Assembly: GCA_013239625.1 (NCBI GenBank)
Contig: MU053810.1
Coordinates: forward strand, 1,001,320 to 1,065,319
Source of the DNA: Lama guanicoe
Taxonomy: Eukaryota
Direction: 5' to 3'
Length of the DNA stretch: 64,000 nucleotides
Each line of letters opens with the position of its first letter. Position 1 is the stretch's first letter. Under the pieces are notes generated by a model, which had not been told where the DNA came from, did not search any database, and saw only the letters and a program-made list of their open reading frames with translations. Made by a program: the position numbers and the translations under genes. Shown one piece after another: positions 1 to 14,914 of this stretch.

Positions 1-828
1 ATTAAATGTCTTTTTTTCCTCCTCAATTAGGGTAAAATTTTGGAATAGGTATATGGAAGAAGAGGTTTCTTTAGATTTCATAATTTGACTACTGATTCTT
101 TCAATAATGTGACAATTAAGTTTGATTTCTAAGACAGCTTTCAAATATCACTAACGTGGCTAGCTATCCTGTCATAATCATCATTGTTATTTTTTTCATT
201 CTTTCGGCCCAATAGTGGCAAACCAAATAGAGTAGCAGGAAACAGCGGTTCCCAGATTATACACTATAATGTTATCAAGCATCACAAAAAATCTATGAAA
301 GTCCAGGGAATGTCCCACATTTATCTTATTGGCTTCTAAACTGTAACAGTCCCCTGGCACAGTCTGTTCTCCAGCATACAGGAGAGAATCAGAGCTCAGT
401 ATTGTTTTCCAGAATTCTGGGCAAAGCTGGGACCATTTGATCCAATTCTTTGTGGAGAAAAGCAGAACAAAATATCATCTCTTTTGAATTCTTCATTGAA
501 GCTTATTTTGGTGAGCAGTCCCAATATGATGTTTTCCCTGGATACCATCTTTGCAGGGTTAGAACTTTGTCTGTTACATGCGATAAATTAAGTTGTGAAC
601 TGTAGCCCATAGCAGTGTTATAGGGGTACATTCACAATTAGTTATTTCTCTTGGGAGTATAAGGAAGTCACAATGTCACTCAGACCATCTGCAAAAAAAG
701 CAAATGATGGGGTTAAATGTTTCATTCTATAAACAAAAATATATTGACCTAATGTGGATATAGGCCTGAATTATTGCCTGGCATATTGAACAGGTTTAGC
801 AGTGCTTGCTCTGAATCTAACACACTGA

Positions 829-1226
<398 letters not shown>

Positions 1227-1449
1227 TGATAAAGAACAGATGTTTAGGTGAGTTAGAAGCAGGTTGACTTATCATCTCAATTATCTGAGGAATGAGGAAC
1301 TTGCCAGGGTTTTCAAGGGCTGAACCCAGACAGTTCGAGGAAATTGGGGCACCCAGTCATCCTAAAAGGCAGTTTCAAACAGTTTTAAATTTATGGATCA
1401 AAAGTAAAGTTCATATATATTAAGATATATTGATATATCAGTTAAATAT

Positions 1450-2295
1450 ATTTTTATTGGGTTATAGTCATTTTACAATGTTGTGTCAAATTCCAGCGTG
1501 TAGAGCACAATTTTTCAGTTATACATGAACATAGACGTATATTCTTTGTCACTTGTTTTTTTTTTTGCTCTGAGCTACCACAAGATCTTGTATATATTTC
1601 CCTGTGCTATACAGTTTACCCAATACCATTTGCTGAAGAGACTGTCTTTATTCCGTTGTATATTCTTGCCTCCTTTGCCAAAGATTAGTTGGCCAAAAGT
1701 TTATGGATTCATTTCTGGGCTCTCTATTCTGTTCCATTGATCTATATGTCTGTTTTTGTACCAATACCATGCTGTTTTGATTAGTATTGTCTGAAGTCTG
1801 GGAGAGTTATTCCTCCAGCCTCTTTCTTTCTCTTCAGTAATGCTTTGACAATTCTAGGTCTTTAGTGCTTCCATATAAATTTTATTATGATTTGTTCTAG
1901 TTCTGTGAAATATGTCCTGGGTAATTTGATAGGGATTGCATTTAATCTATAGATTGCTTTGGGCAGTGTGACCATTTTAACAACATTGATTCTTCCAATC
2001 CAGGAGCATGGACTATCTTTCCATTTTTTAAAGCCTTTTTTAATCTCCTTCATCAATGGCTTATAGTTTTCTGTGTAAAACTCTTTCACCTCCTTGGTTA
2101 GATTTATTCCTAGGTATTTTATTACTTTGGGTGCTATTTTAAAGGGGATTGTTTCTTTACTTTCTTTTTCTGTTGATTTATCGTTAGTGTAAAGAAATGC
2201 AACTGATTTTTAAATGTTAATCTTGTAACCTGCTACCTTGCTGAATTCTTTGATCACTCTAGTAGTTTTTGTGTGGACCTTTTTAGGATTTTCTT
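1450..2295 (-). mobile_element. Young 5'-truncated L1 (3' UTR joined to an ORF2 segment, with internal deletion)
   Basis: ORF2 peptide ([36 protein letters not shown]) on the minus strand. The 3' UTR matches other copies in the window. TSD is tcagttaaatat at 1438 and 2302. Confidence 0.9.
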
Positions 2296-4734
2296 TGATA
2301 TTCAGTTAAATATGATTTTCTAACACTGTTACTAATTTCTTGAATTCCCTCCATTTTTCTATTTCTCTCACTATTCCAACTTCTTTCATTTCTTATTCTT
2401 AAGAATCCCTTTTCTCCCAGAGTTTTCTCATGCTTTCCAGAGAACAGGATTATGTTGGGTGATGAGGAAATAGACTGTTGTATTTAAATACTAATTCCAA
2501 ATGCTGTTGAAGTGGAATCACTGTCATATTCATTTCATGGTTAAACTCAAGTTATTCAATACAGCCTTTATTTTCCAAAATAATTTTGAGAATTAAAGCC
2601 AGTGCAAGCCTATAAAAGACAAACTTATTTATGCAACCTAATAAAACTTATGTATGGTAGAAATTATAACCTAAAGATGATTATAGAAATTCTTGGAAAA
2701 GTAATTGCCTGTTTTAACAATTTGGACAGCTATGCAAAATCTTATGGTAAAAAAGGGTCTTAAAGCATTTTTATTCTGAATGACTTTGCTTTTTAAACCT
2801 AGCTTGAAGTTTCATTTATCATCTATTATTAGAATAGTGTAATAACTTTATAATTTTGATACAGAATAGAAGATCATCTGACATGTGATGGATTTAGCAC
2901 TTGCCTAAATAGAGGAATTGGATTGGATTGAATTTTAACTTCAGTTATTTTGAGTAGCTAAGAGGGAAATGGGAGAATGACCACGATCTCTGTTATGAAA
3001 ATTGAATTCTAAGATATAAGAATGGCACATTTTATTAATTGATCTGTCATAAAATGACTGAAGTTTGGAATTTTCAGGCTTTTGTAAAGCTGAATGGGAA
3101 TCCAAAGGTGATCAAAGAAAATTACTTAGTAGACAGTTAAATGACACCTCAGTGATGGGGCTTAAGAAGAACTATATGGTTGGAAACACAATTCAAACAA
3201 ACATATCTGAAGCTTTGCACACTACTGAAGTCCACTGTTGGTGTATGTGGGGGGCGATATCTTAAGGCATGAGGCATTTAAGCCTTCCCATTGAAGGACT
3301 GGTCAGGCATGGGGACGAGACACTGTTCCTGCCTTTGGTGGGGAGTGGTGTGCAGAATAAGAACCCCAGGTAGGAATAACGCATCACATTTGTTGTGGAT
3401 GCTCAGGGGTCATTAACCGCTAGAGAAGTTTCTACTTTATTTCTTACACTTCTTTTCTTACGTCTCTATGTCTGTCTCTCTCTCAATGACAACAGAAGCA
3501 CCCAGCCAGAGCCAAGAGTGCTTTTGAGGTGATTGTGTCCCATAGATTAGATGCTGAAGTGTGAGCTTGCTGAAGTCCCTCTGCCTGCATGCTTGTATCA
3601 CCATTAAGGACAGAGAAGGGACAATTGTTCATGTATAAACTTCATTAGTGTTTACCCAGCTTTTCCAACTTTGAAACAGAGTGGTTGGTAGAAGAGTCTT
3701 CAGCACTTTCTCAAGCACTGTTTCTTGTATTTAATTGTCTCTGTCTTTCGGTCAGGGTCTTTATGGGCAACACAACAGAGATTTGATGCTGGGTTGAGTG
3801 GGAGCCTGCTGGATCTTATAAGTTAAACCTTTTAAAATAACTGCTTTATTTTTCTTGGCTGTCTGTTCCCAGATGGCACATTGTGGAGGCTGGTGATAAA
3901 TATGTGTAGTAGATAAGTAGAAAACTTAAAATTCCTGAATATGTCATCTTCAGGGCAGCTCCGTGGAGCAGAGGCAGTGGGTTTATTCACCTGAGTGCTA
4001 TAAAAGGCAGCAGTATCTTCAAGCAAAGCAGATACCTGTGCATCTTATTAATTTGTTTCCCCCAATACTTTATGGCTGATATGAAAACCATGCTTCTACA
4101 GTTAAGGTTCTGTAAAAATTAGGGAACCACACGACTCTCTTGGCATCCCTTGGCTACACCAGTCTCGAAGATTGCAGGTATGTTTTCGTTCTGTCCTGTC
4201 AGTAGGTGAACAGACATTCATTTGCTTTCATTGAGCTGGGCCACAGGGATGTGTTCTGCTCATATTGCTGCCTGCCACCACGTGCTAGCTTTTTCCTGAA
4301 AAGCTTTAGCGGGAGGCTCATTTGAGGGCACTTTGTAATCAGCGTCTCCAGACAATGTCTGCTGCCTTGTCAATTTACAAGCTGCTGAGAATTACTCTGG
4401 TTTTTTTTTTTTTTTAACAGTTTCCCTCCATGCTGCCTTCCGATATTTTTAAAGTCACTCATGCTTCCTTTAGAAATATCCAAATACGGGGTTTTAGTCC
4501 CAGCTAGACCTTGGCTTAGCACAGGCTTCAGAGGAATTCTCTAGATCTGGCCCTCGTGGGGGCTTTATCACCTTCACCTGTAAAGTACGAGGTACAGCCT
4601 TTAATACAACTGAAGTGTATGTCCATTTCTGAGGGAAAACTGCTATATAAACAAGGAATGGTGTTTACGCATTTAGTCAGCAAATATGGCAGCGTCTCAG
4701 AAGGTTTCTGAGGATGTTTAAGGGATAACATCCT

Positions 4735-4950
4735 GTTGTTAATTGAGCACTTACTATGTGTAAAGCACTGCATTTAGTCCTTTGTACACATTATCTTATT
4801 GACCGTTCACAGCTGTCATCCAAACTAATTTAATCCACTGATCACATGAGGAGTATAAACTTAAGAGAATGAAATAAACTGCCAAATCCCATACAAGATT
4901 AGAACTGAGGATAGTTTGATTTCAGATCTCAATCTTTTCGTCACTGAGCC
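4735..4950 (-). mobile_element. MIR-like SINE fragment
   Basis: ttgagcacttactatgtg...ttatcttatt...gagaatgaaataaactgccaa resembles the MIR core. Confidence 0.55.
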
Positions 4951-5984
4951 ATGATCTTTTTTTTTTTTTCTCATGTTAAGGCAGTATAAGAATTTATAAA
5001 GTAGAGAAGAAGAAAAATCCAACCTCTCAATTTGGTCATATCTATTGCGTGTGACTCATTAAATATTCTTTTGTCTCCTCTGTTGGATGCAACATTATTA
5101 TGCATTGCATGGTGCTGATTAGCTGCAATCACATTTCTCAAAATTGCAGACATAAGCAATTAATCTTATTATTGTCTTTAAATATTTGTGGAAGCAAAGA
5201 ATAAACCAGGCTAAATATAGAGCAGAAATTTGGACTTGAATTCAAGTGAAACCTTACTTCATCTCTCTTTGTTTTTGAATTTTTGAAGGGCGTTCATGTA
5301 TTGGCTTTATGGGAAGGAAGGAATGAATACTCTATTACTCAGTATGTCACAGACTAGTTTTCAAGTTGAATGTCTGGATTCTTTAGAAGTCAGCAGCTGA
5401 ATTTTAAAAAGACAACTGAAGCATTTTTAATATGCTGTTGTCCACTTGTCATTTCTCTGATGTTGCATTTAGAAATGCCGGAGAGTTCTCACCACCCTCC
5501 TGTTCAGAAACAGTAACTTTATTAATAGGAACAAGAGATAACTTATTCATCATGATGAACATGAATCGTTAACGTAAACAGTTCTACTCTCACCCTTCTC
5601 CAAATTACGTTCTGAGCCACTTTATCTTTTAAGTCAAGAATATTCACTGTGTGAACACATTATGGGGAAAAGATTCCTGTTACCTTTTTGTGTTTCAGAT
5701 GTTTGCTTGAGAAATAGTATTGAGCGTATACTGCTAACCGAGAAAACTCTCATACGATGAATGTAGCTGCACGAGTTTCTGTCCGTGCAGTTACTAGTGT
5801 GATCCAAGTCAGTTAATGTCCCTTATTCACCTACCATCAAAGTTTCATCTAAGATTTAAGTCAAGTGTTTTGAGCACTGAGCCCTTACCTCCCTTCACGG
5901 GCCATCTTCTCTTCACATGTCTGAGGGGAAGGGAACTGGTCTCATGTTTCCTGTCCCATCACTGCACACCACCCCTGACTTCTT

Positions 5985-6533
5985 TTTAAAAATTTTTTTT
6001 TATTGAGTAATAGTCATTTTACAATGTTGTGTCAAATTCCAGTGTAGAGTACAATTTTTCAGCCATACATGAACATATATATATTCATTGTCACATTTTT
6101 TTTTTGCAGTGTGCTACCACAAGATCTTGTATATATTTCCCTGTGCTATACAGTATAATCTTGTTTATCTATTCTACATTTTGAAATCCCAGTCTGTCCC
6201 TTCCCACCCCCAGTCCCCTTGGCAACCACAAATCTGTATTCTATGTCTATGAATCTCTTTCTGTTTTGTATTTATATTCTTTTATTTTAGATTCCACATA
6301 CGAGCGATCTCATATGGTGTATTTCTTTCCCTTTCTGGCTTATTTCACTTAGAATGACATTCTCCAGGGACATCCATGTTGCTGCAAATGACATTATGTT
6401 GTTGGTTTTTGTGGCTGAATAGTATTCCATTGTATAAATATACCATATCTTCTTCATCCAGTCATCTGTTGATGGACATCTAGGCTGTCTCTATGTCTTG
6501 GCTACTATAAATAGTGCTGCCATGAACACTGGA
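5985..6533 (-). mobile_element. Young L1 3' end
   Basis: Closely similar to the 3' UTR of the L1 at 24599; TSD accacccctga(c/t)ttct on both sides. Confidence 0.9.
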
Positions 6534-7219
6534 GATACCACCCCTGATTTCTGTGAGGTTGCCCAACTCCCAGCTCCATTGTCTGTATTGTGATCTGCTT
6601 TTATTTTGCTGCTTTTGCTATTCTCTTCTTTTATTTTGCCTAACAGAGAAAGAATGAGGTGGGTGTTTGGAAAACCTTACTTGCCAAAGTTTTGGAGAAA
6701 ACGGAGTGTTAATCACTTTTCAGCTCCGCTATACAAAAGTCATCTACCATGTGCAAACAGAGCGTCTGACTCTGGGGCCTGGCTTTTAAAAAAACTATCA
6801 AGAGGTTCCACTTTCTTTAGCTGGTTCTACTCATCTCTCTTTTCAGGACCCCAACCCAAATCCCTGGAAAGTCTTTTTGTTTAAATGTCTTTAACTAAAG
6901 TATCTCATTATGGCCGGTGGGTCTTGTGTTTCATAGCTACCCGGAACCATTAGTAAATTTTCCAGCAGTGAAATAGTGAGAGAAATAGTTCTTCCCATAA
7001 AGAAAGCGTTTCCTCTCGCTGCACCAGTGAGCGCAGGTGATGGCCAATTTTCACACTAACTTTTCTTCATTTGTACCAAGTTAGTATCATGTGATTTAAT
7101 TGAGTCAAATAAATGTATACATTGCAAACTCTTGTCAGGAGAAGATGGTAGGTAAGAAGGTAATTTGAAAGCTACTTTATTAGCTCAGGTGTGCAGATAC
7201 AGGAGTGGAAATTGGAATG

Positions 7220-7570
7220 GAAAGGAAACAGGGTTCATAGGTCTTGACTGATGGGACCTGTGACTGGAGAACATGATTCCCAAGGTCATTTTGGAGCTTT
7301 GAGCATTGATGGTGGCCGTCTTCTGGTTACCCTTGTTGGAGAGTGAGAGTCAGGGGAGATGTCAGGTTGAAGGGAGAGAATGTTCTGAATTAGAAGTGAC
7401 TTTGTGTCATCTGAGTGAAACTATCCAGCAGGCTCTGGAGCTGTGGGAGGAGAGCTCAAGAGAGAGAGGTTGACATTCCTGATGTAAGTTCATCTTTCAT
7501 CAGCCCTGGTGACAGTTAAAGCCCTGAGGATGAATGGATTTGGGGGGAGGGTGTGGAGGAAAAAGGAAGA
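7220..7570 (+). mobile_element. Degenerate L2 fragment
   Basis: Purine-rich L2-like motifs (ctatccagcaggc...gagctc...gacagttaaagcc...gaggatgaatggat). Confidence 0.45.
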
Positions 7571-7881
7571 GGTTGGTGATGTAGTTAACCCTTATTTCTA
7601 CTTCTCTCTTTAAACGGAACGGCTCCAGGTATATGCTTAGCTTAGCAAGAACTCGGGAATGTATCTATGTGAAAAGGCTTTCAAGAAAAATAAAAAATTA
7701 ATCTGTAGAGAATAAGTTTTTTTATAGGTAAACACACTATTCATATAATAGCTTAAATATTTTCATAATTCTTTATAATGATAGCTAACACTTACTCAGT
7801 GCCAACTATAGACCCAGTGCTATTGTACTGTAATAACGCATTTATCCTTGCATAAACTTTATCATAGATAATAACTCATTA

Positions 7882-8023
7882 CTTTTTTTTCTTTTTTGCG
7901 GAGGAGGTAATTCAATTTTTTAAAAAAAAGTTATTTATCTTTGATGGAGGTACTGGGGATTGAACTCAGGACCTTGTGAATGCTAGGCACACACTCTACC
8001 ACTGAGCTATACACTCTCCCTCC
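7882..8023 (-). mobile_element. tRNA-derived SINE (camelid vic-1-like) inserted in a MIR (about 7770-8180)
   Basis: Reverse complement shows an A box (tagctcagtggtagag), a B box (gagttcaatccc) and the shared aattacctcc tail; MIR core gaaaactgaggcac follows. Confidence 0.85.
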
Positions 8024-9229
8024 AGTGACTTGTTTTTATCAGTACCTTTTTACAAAGAAGAAAACTGAGGCACACCAGTGTTAAGTAATTTCTCCAAGGT
8101 CTTCTTGCTATTAAGTGGTGTCACTGGGCTCCGAATCCAAGCAGTCTCATTCCGAATAGACACTTGCATCACTATGCCATACTGCCTTCGGTTGAAACTA
8201 TTCCTCCATAACAGTGTTTGATACACCTTTGCCAACATGGTCCTGACGTATACTATACGTAGTCACATGGTTATTCTGTTTCATGTGAAGAAAAGATGGT
8301 TTTCTTAGGGCTCCATATTGACAGTTTGCTGGAAACACTGTGGATGCTTCGCATCATATTTTTAATAGACCAGAAGATGACCTCTGGTTTGAGAGGAAAT
8401 ATATTAGTACATCATGTTGTGCAGGAACAAAAGAGAACGTAGCACAGCAAAATAATCTCGGGTTTACTCTACAGACTGATTGTCAGGCTAAGAAGCAGCG
8501 TGACATTTTGAAATCATAAAATGTTTCTATTATAAACAAGCAGAGCTGTGCATACAAGTTTAATGCATCCGTGAACTAAGCCTTACACATTTTTGGTATT
8601 CATTAGTGTGAGGGTTCGGCTAATGTTCTCCACCGACTCACCAATTTTCTATTGATGTAAGTCATTAGGATTACTTGATCTTTCCAAGTTTCTCAGATTC
8701 ATTGTAGCAGAGTATTTCCTCTTGATGGAGTCTTGGGCTGGCTTAACCTCACGCTACAACATTCAGTCATTTTAACAGTAAGTCACTGAACAATGATTTC
8801 CTTCCAGTCAGTGTCCCAGGCAATGTTTGGATAATGGCAGAAGTGGCTTGCAGGAGGGTAACACCAGGACATCCACAGCAACACTGTGAGAAAAATGGGA
8901 GAACCAGAGGTGCAAATGGAGCACAGGTGCAAAATGCCTCAAACTAGAGTTCAAGATGGAACGTGGGTCCCAGAACTGATAAATTCTGAATGCATGGGAG
9001 CCCAAGACAAGATGATATAGGGCAGAAACCAGGCGACTCTTGCTTCATTTTACAGACACGTCACCTAACCTATACCAGACGTGTCGGATGCAGAGATAAC
9101 TGTGTATTTCTTGTCCTTCAAAGTGTATGTTTGAATCCTTTTACCCCTTGGAATTGGTGCTTGGTCACCCAGGTGCTTCTAGGGAGCTGCGTATTTCTTA
9201 TTTGTAGGCTCTGTGCAGTCAGACGGTGA

Positions 9230-9484
<255 letters not shown>

Positions 9485-11502
9485 TGAGCTGTTTCCCGTT
9501 GTTCTGATACACTGAGTAACAATGTTAGAGGTGAAGCTAGGCTGTTTTTCACTGATGCTATAAAGAGCTGAAAGGGGTAATTTAGTGTCAGAGTTGGAAT
9601 CTCATAGCAATGTTTACACTGCCTAGTTAAATCTTACCAGGAAAACTATAGAATTCTGCTAGGAGGTTGGGAGAAAATTGGCCTCCATAAACTTGAAAGT
9701 TCCTTCTTGGAGAATCAGTTTGACTATTCTACTGAAAAATGCAAATGAAGAAATATATTAGTTATAATCTATTTTCTGTTTACACTGAAACAAGCATGTC
9801 AATAAACAACATATATCAGATCTAAAAAATTATCCACATTGGTCCCTTGATTATATTAAGTGTATAATCAATTCACCATTCACACTTTTCTCAACAGAAA
9901 GGTTCAATGTTAAAATGATAAGTTGGTAAAGATGAAATTAACTTTGTCTAATATTTCAATTATCATATATATGTGATTATAGGTAGTTGATAGATTTTTT
10001 TCCCTTTGAAATTTTTTTATGCTATAGTATGACATAGTATTATACGGATAGCTATTTTGTGGAGAGAATTTTAAGTTCTAATTTCATATAAAGATATGGT
10101 AGTTGTGATAAATAATATTTCAGTAACAGAAGACATGGGTCCACCTAAGAGAAACCAAGGAATCTTGATAAACAGTGTCTATATTGTGCTTTGATTTTTA
10201 AACAGCATTCCTGCTCTTTTGATAAGAGCGTACAGATAAGTGTCTCTTGCCACTCAGACCAAGAGAGTGTTTTGTAGAAGCTGATGATGGCCTCTTCTAA
10301 ACGCTGGAACACATAAAGGTCTCTTTTCACCTTTGTATTCAGTTTTCAGTGTGTATTAGTAAGAAATCACTATATGATAAATTGAAATACAAATAAATTG
10401 AAATTGAGAACGTTAAAGGAACAGACTCTAACCTCCACTTATTCCTAGAAATAAATAATTTAAGTATAAACCTCGATGCCTTTTCACTAAAAGTAGATAG
10501 GATTTATTAGATTTATCAGAAGGGAAGCACTGTATCAGTTTAGAATATGTTGTTAACTCCAGGCAAAGCTGATTCAACTACCGACTGATCTGCCCGTCAA
10601 ACCTCCCCTCATAATCCCTCTTCTGTTACCCTGCATGGTGTTCCGGAGCCCAGAGCACAGCCCTCTTGTGCTGGAGTTACCCCGCTCACTTTACCATGTG
10701 TCTTTATATCTCTCGATCATACAGTTTCTGCAGAAATTGAGGTCTGCCAAACAAAATGATCTCTAAGTAGTTTGATTTATTGCCTAGTCTAGCTAATCAC
10801 CCTCAAAGGAGAATTAAGCAATGAAATCAGCTATTGGCTGGACTTTCTGAAGGGTCAGGAAATTAGCAATTGGCTGCTGCCATCGGAACTTTGTCTATGT
10901 TACAGATTTACACAGGAGAATGCTTGGGGCGTGTGTAGGAGCTGGGGTTGTTTGTAAGAGAGCTCTGCTGTCTTTAAAGATACAAACTTACTCCTCGGAA
11001 CCAAAGTCATTTCCCTAATGACCACACACTGGGACAAAGGCCAGTGGAGAAGGGCCGTGGTAATTATTCAGAAGACAAATGCCAGATTTTTAGTAAGCGC
11101 TTAAAAGAGCTCCTTAAAATCACTGTTGACAGAAATAAACAATAGTAGTGGGAGTGCGTTGGAAAGTTGGACAGTCAAGGAAAAGTTGTGGTCAAATAGA
11201 AAAACATCGGTGTCTGGAATTTCTGTGTTAATGTTACAACCATGTTGTTTTGAGGTGTTGTGGGACTCGAGTTTACTGGTGATAGCGCATGAATTTTAAA
11301 GCTACTTGGAAAGGAGTGCTCCTTGGAAATGAATGCTATAATGTATCTGTCTTTTGGTGGTCATTTTGGTTTATAGAAATGGTTCTGATTAAGATACATA
11401 GGTTTCCTGACAAGACTCCTTTATTTTCTTGTTTCTTCAAACTGGTGTGCTTTCAAAAACTGGTTCTGGTTTTTGTTTTGTTTTGAGACTAGGGAGCTAT
11501 TC

Positions 11503-11820
11503 TGTTACCATGTTTTTGATTTTCTGTGTTCTGATGCTTTGATGTTGGGCTCTTGCTGACCCTGGAGGAACTATCACTTCCAAAGTGAGCCAGTTCCTAG
11601 AGATTGTGAACTAACCGTCCACCCTAAAGCATATTTTTAAAATGCAAACCAACCAGTCCAGAGCCCACACCCCAGCCGCCCTTCAGGCTCTCACACTCTG
11701 GGTCACCGTGTACCTGAGCTCATCACTGCACAGGGGTCAGTGCTTGTCTTCCGGGGCCATTGTAAAAATGTACCACGGGCTGGGTGGGTTAAGCGTTGGA
11801 AATTTATTTTCTCGTGGTTC
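11503..11820. mobile_element. LTR fragments (ERV1-like piece followed by an MLT1/MaLR-like piece)
   Basis: Motifs cttgctgaccctggagg...ccagttcctagagat...aaatgcaaaccaacc and aatgtaccac..ctgggtggg..aaatttattttctc recall old LTR families. Confidence 0.45.
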
Positions 11821-12639
11821 ATAAATATCTGGGTAAATATAATGTAATATTTTCCCTCTAAAGATTCTTTAATATTCATCTGATTGTTGAAAGCAGATAT
11901 TTGAGTACTTCTGTGGTGGGTTCAAAATTTGTAGCTATGACCCAAATGGTAATTATAACATGAAGGTGTGAGCATAGAGGTTCTGTAACTCTATTACTTC
12001 TATGACTTTTGCATTTTATTTGAAATGCTAACAAAGTCTAGGTAGAGTGTCAAACTGAATTGTTCGTATTATTATTCCTAGCGCAAACACTAAACAGATA
12101 CAAGCAAAGGACCATGGATACATTAACTCTGAACACATAGAAATATTGAAATGTTGAAATCATCCGCCAGCAAGCAAAGGGAAATCGATGATGAAGGCAG
12201 GAATGATGGGGGTGGGAGTGAAAGGCACAAAAGGTGATAAAAATAGAGGAGACAAATTGAAAATGAAATTGCTAACCTAATTGTAATCATACAACAATTA
12301 CATTAAATAAAAGTGATCTAAGCATTTCTTTCAAAAATTCAAGGCTGTCAGTTTGGATAAAGGATAAGAACTAACTGTATTCTGACTAGAAAACCATTTT
12401 AGACTATAATGATATAGGTTAATTAAAAGTAAACGGATTGAAAAATGTACTGTGCAACAGTAAGCCAAAAAAAGGAGGAGTGGCTATGGTGTTATCAAGT
12501 GTACTTCAGAACTAGCAAAATTAATAGGGACAGAGAAAGTATATTCACTAAGAAGATGGAACCAACCCTAAATCTATACACAATACTACAAAATACATAA
12601 AAGGAAAACTTTTAGGACTAAAACAGACAAATACTAGCA

Positions 12640-12976
12640 AATTTTATATGTTGAACCCCTAACCCCCAATGTGACTATATCTGGAGACAGATAGGTAATT
12701 AAAATTAAATGAGATTGTTAGGGTGGGATCCTAAGCTGTTAGGACTATGACCTTGTAAGAAGAGGAAGGGAGAGAGAGAGAGGGCTCTCCTTTTGCCATG
12801 CGAGGACCACGAGAAGGCAGCCACCTGCAGGCCAAGAAAAGGGCCATCATGGGAGCCCTGCCATGCTGGCACCTTGACCTTGGACTTGCAGCCTGCAGGA
12901 CAGTGAGAGAATAAATGTCTGCCGTTTACCCCATGTGGTCTGTGGCACTTTGTTATGGCAGCCCAAGCAGACTAAA
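12640..12976 (+). mobile_element. MLT1-type (MaLR) solo LTR nested in L1
   Basis: cccctaacccccaatgtgact...ccatgctggcaccttgaccttggact...cagtgagagaataaatg...ttgttatggcagccc..gcagactaa. Confidence 0.85.
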
Positions 12977-13759
12977 ATGCCTACAAATGAAGATAAATAA
13001 ATAATATTTTAATACAATCTATTAAAAATCAAACATAATGAAACACAGCAATGATGAATGAAATATTAAAATGTTAAGGACTGGATCTGCATTACTGAAT
13101 TTTTCAGGCTTTAATAATGCTTGGCATTACACTGCTGGGGCCACAAAGCAAATCTTAAGAATTTCAAAACAACTGAAATCATATAGACTGTGTCCTTGGA
13201 CCAGAATGAAATTAAACCACAAATGTGAGAAATCTACAGTTACTTGGAAATTAAGTGCTACACTAAATATAAAACATACTTTGAAATAGCCAAATACTTT
13301 GACCTGAATGGAAATGAAAATATAACTAATTAAAATATGTGTAATATAGCTAAAGGTGTGCTTGGAAAATAATAGATATAAGAGGAAATTAGTAGATATA
13401 AAGTTTTTATTAGGAAAGAAAAAAAGGTTGATCTAAAATTAGTAATTTGACAGAAGCAGAGACGGAATAACATGTTAAAGCTGAATCAAGTAGCAGTAAA
13501 ATGATATATAAATAGGCAGTGAAGAATGGAATTGAAAAACAGAAGAATGGTAGAGAAAATTATTGAAAGCTGCTTCTTTGGAAAGATAAATAAAATTTAT
13601 CTGACCAGGAATGAAAGAGAGAAGTTATACATTGCTAGTATCAGTGATGAAATAGGGGCAAACCCTGAGTACTCTGCAGATAAAAAGATAATGGTAGGAA
13701 AGGAATACAAAAGAAAAGTTCAAAATTTATATGAAATGAACAAATTTTTTGAAAATCAC

Positions 13760-14380
13760 TGTGGTATAAGCACTTGACAGTTTATTTTTAAATTGTAATG
13801 CAAGTGTCTGACTTAAGCTCTTGGTTGTCAAGGCATCTGCTTCAAAGATGTGTATCTCGCATAAACACATTACCAGCGCGCTACTAGATAAAGAGCCAGG
13901 CTGCCCCTCCCTGAAGTTGCCTTTTGTTTTAGAGATCTCTGGTTGACTTAAATATCTGACACTTTGCCACTTGTTTTTTCCCCCTCCTGTGCTTTACTTG
14001 ATGCTCTTATGTTTTAAATTAACCAATAAAGAGTGAACCCACAAAACCCTAGGTCTGCCATCCTGCCAATAAAAGCAGGACTCCACCCAAGCTCTTTCTC
14101 TCTCTGTCTACCTGGGACCTCACTGTGTGGCCTTGATGTGCTGTGCATTCTCTAGGACCTGTGAGTCATAATCTCTGTCTTTCAAAGTTTCCTGGTAGTT
14201 ATTACTGAGGGCATCTTGCAGTCATAGTAAGAACCACCTGAGCTGTTCCAGCCACAGCACTGGTTCTCAAAGGGGAGATGTCTTTGGGGAGCTCACGGGG
14301 CACCCAGGTGAGTGCCCTCAGACAATTCTAAGCCAATAGTAGTGGTACTGATAGGCTGAGACCAAAAGAAAATGGTCACA
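13760..14380 (+). mobile_element. Probable ERV solo LTR nested in L1
   Basis: TG...CA ends, internal AATAAA signals and GC-richer composition; the L1 ORF2 remnant resumes on both sides. Confidence 0.6.
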
Positions 14381-14914
14381 AATGACCAAAAGCCACTCAA
14401 GAAGAGAGTAATAACTTAAGTAGTTTTGTTCTTATTAAAGAAATAGGACTCATGGTGAACATTGGTTGTTGAAGAAAACTCCAGGACCATATGGTTTCAC
14501 TGAAAATCGTATCAAATATTTAGGGAAGAAATGACACCAGTTTCTATTCTATTCCAGAAAATCTAAGTGAAGAGAAGGCTTGTCACTGTATTCTATAAAA
14601 GCAGCTTTGTCCCAACACCGACACCAGACAATATTAGCAAACTACAGACCAACGTTTCTATAACAAAAAAATTTACAACAGAATGTTAGCGAATAGAATC
14701 CAGCAATTTATAAAAAAGATAATACATCGTAACTATACAGGAAATGTAAGACTGGCTCAGTGTTTCAGAAGCAAGCAGTATTAACTCACCGTGTTAATGG
14801 ACTAAAGAAGACAAGCACATGATAATCTCAGTAGATGCAGAAAAAGCATTTGACAAAATTCAACTTAAGGGTCATGATTAAAAACCTCAGCAAACTATGA
14901 ATTTTAAAATAAAG

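Noticed and set aside
181..300. Acceptor-like tract (ttttttcattctttcggcccaatag)
   Set aside because: No MAM or LDLa-like peptide and no convincing donor follows.
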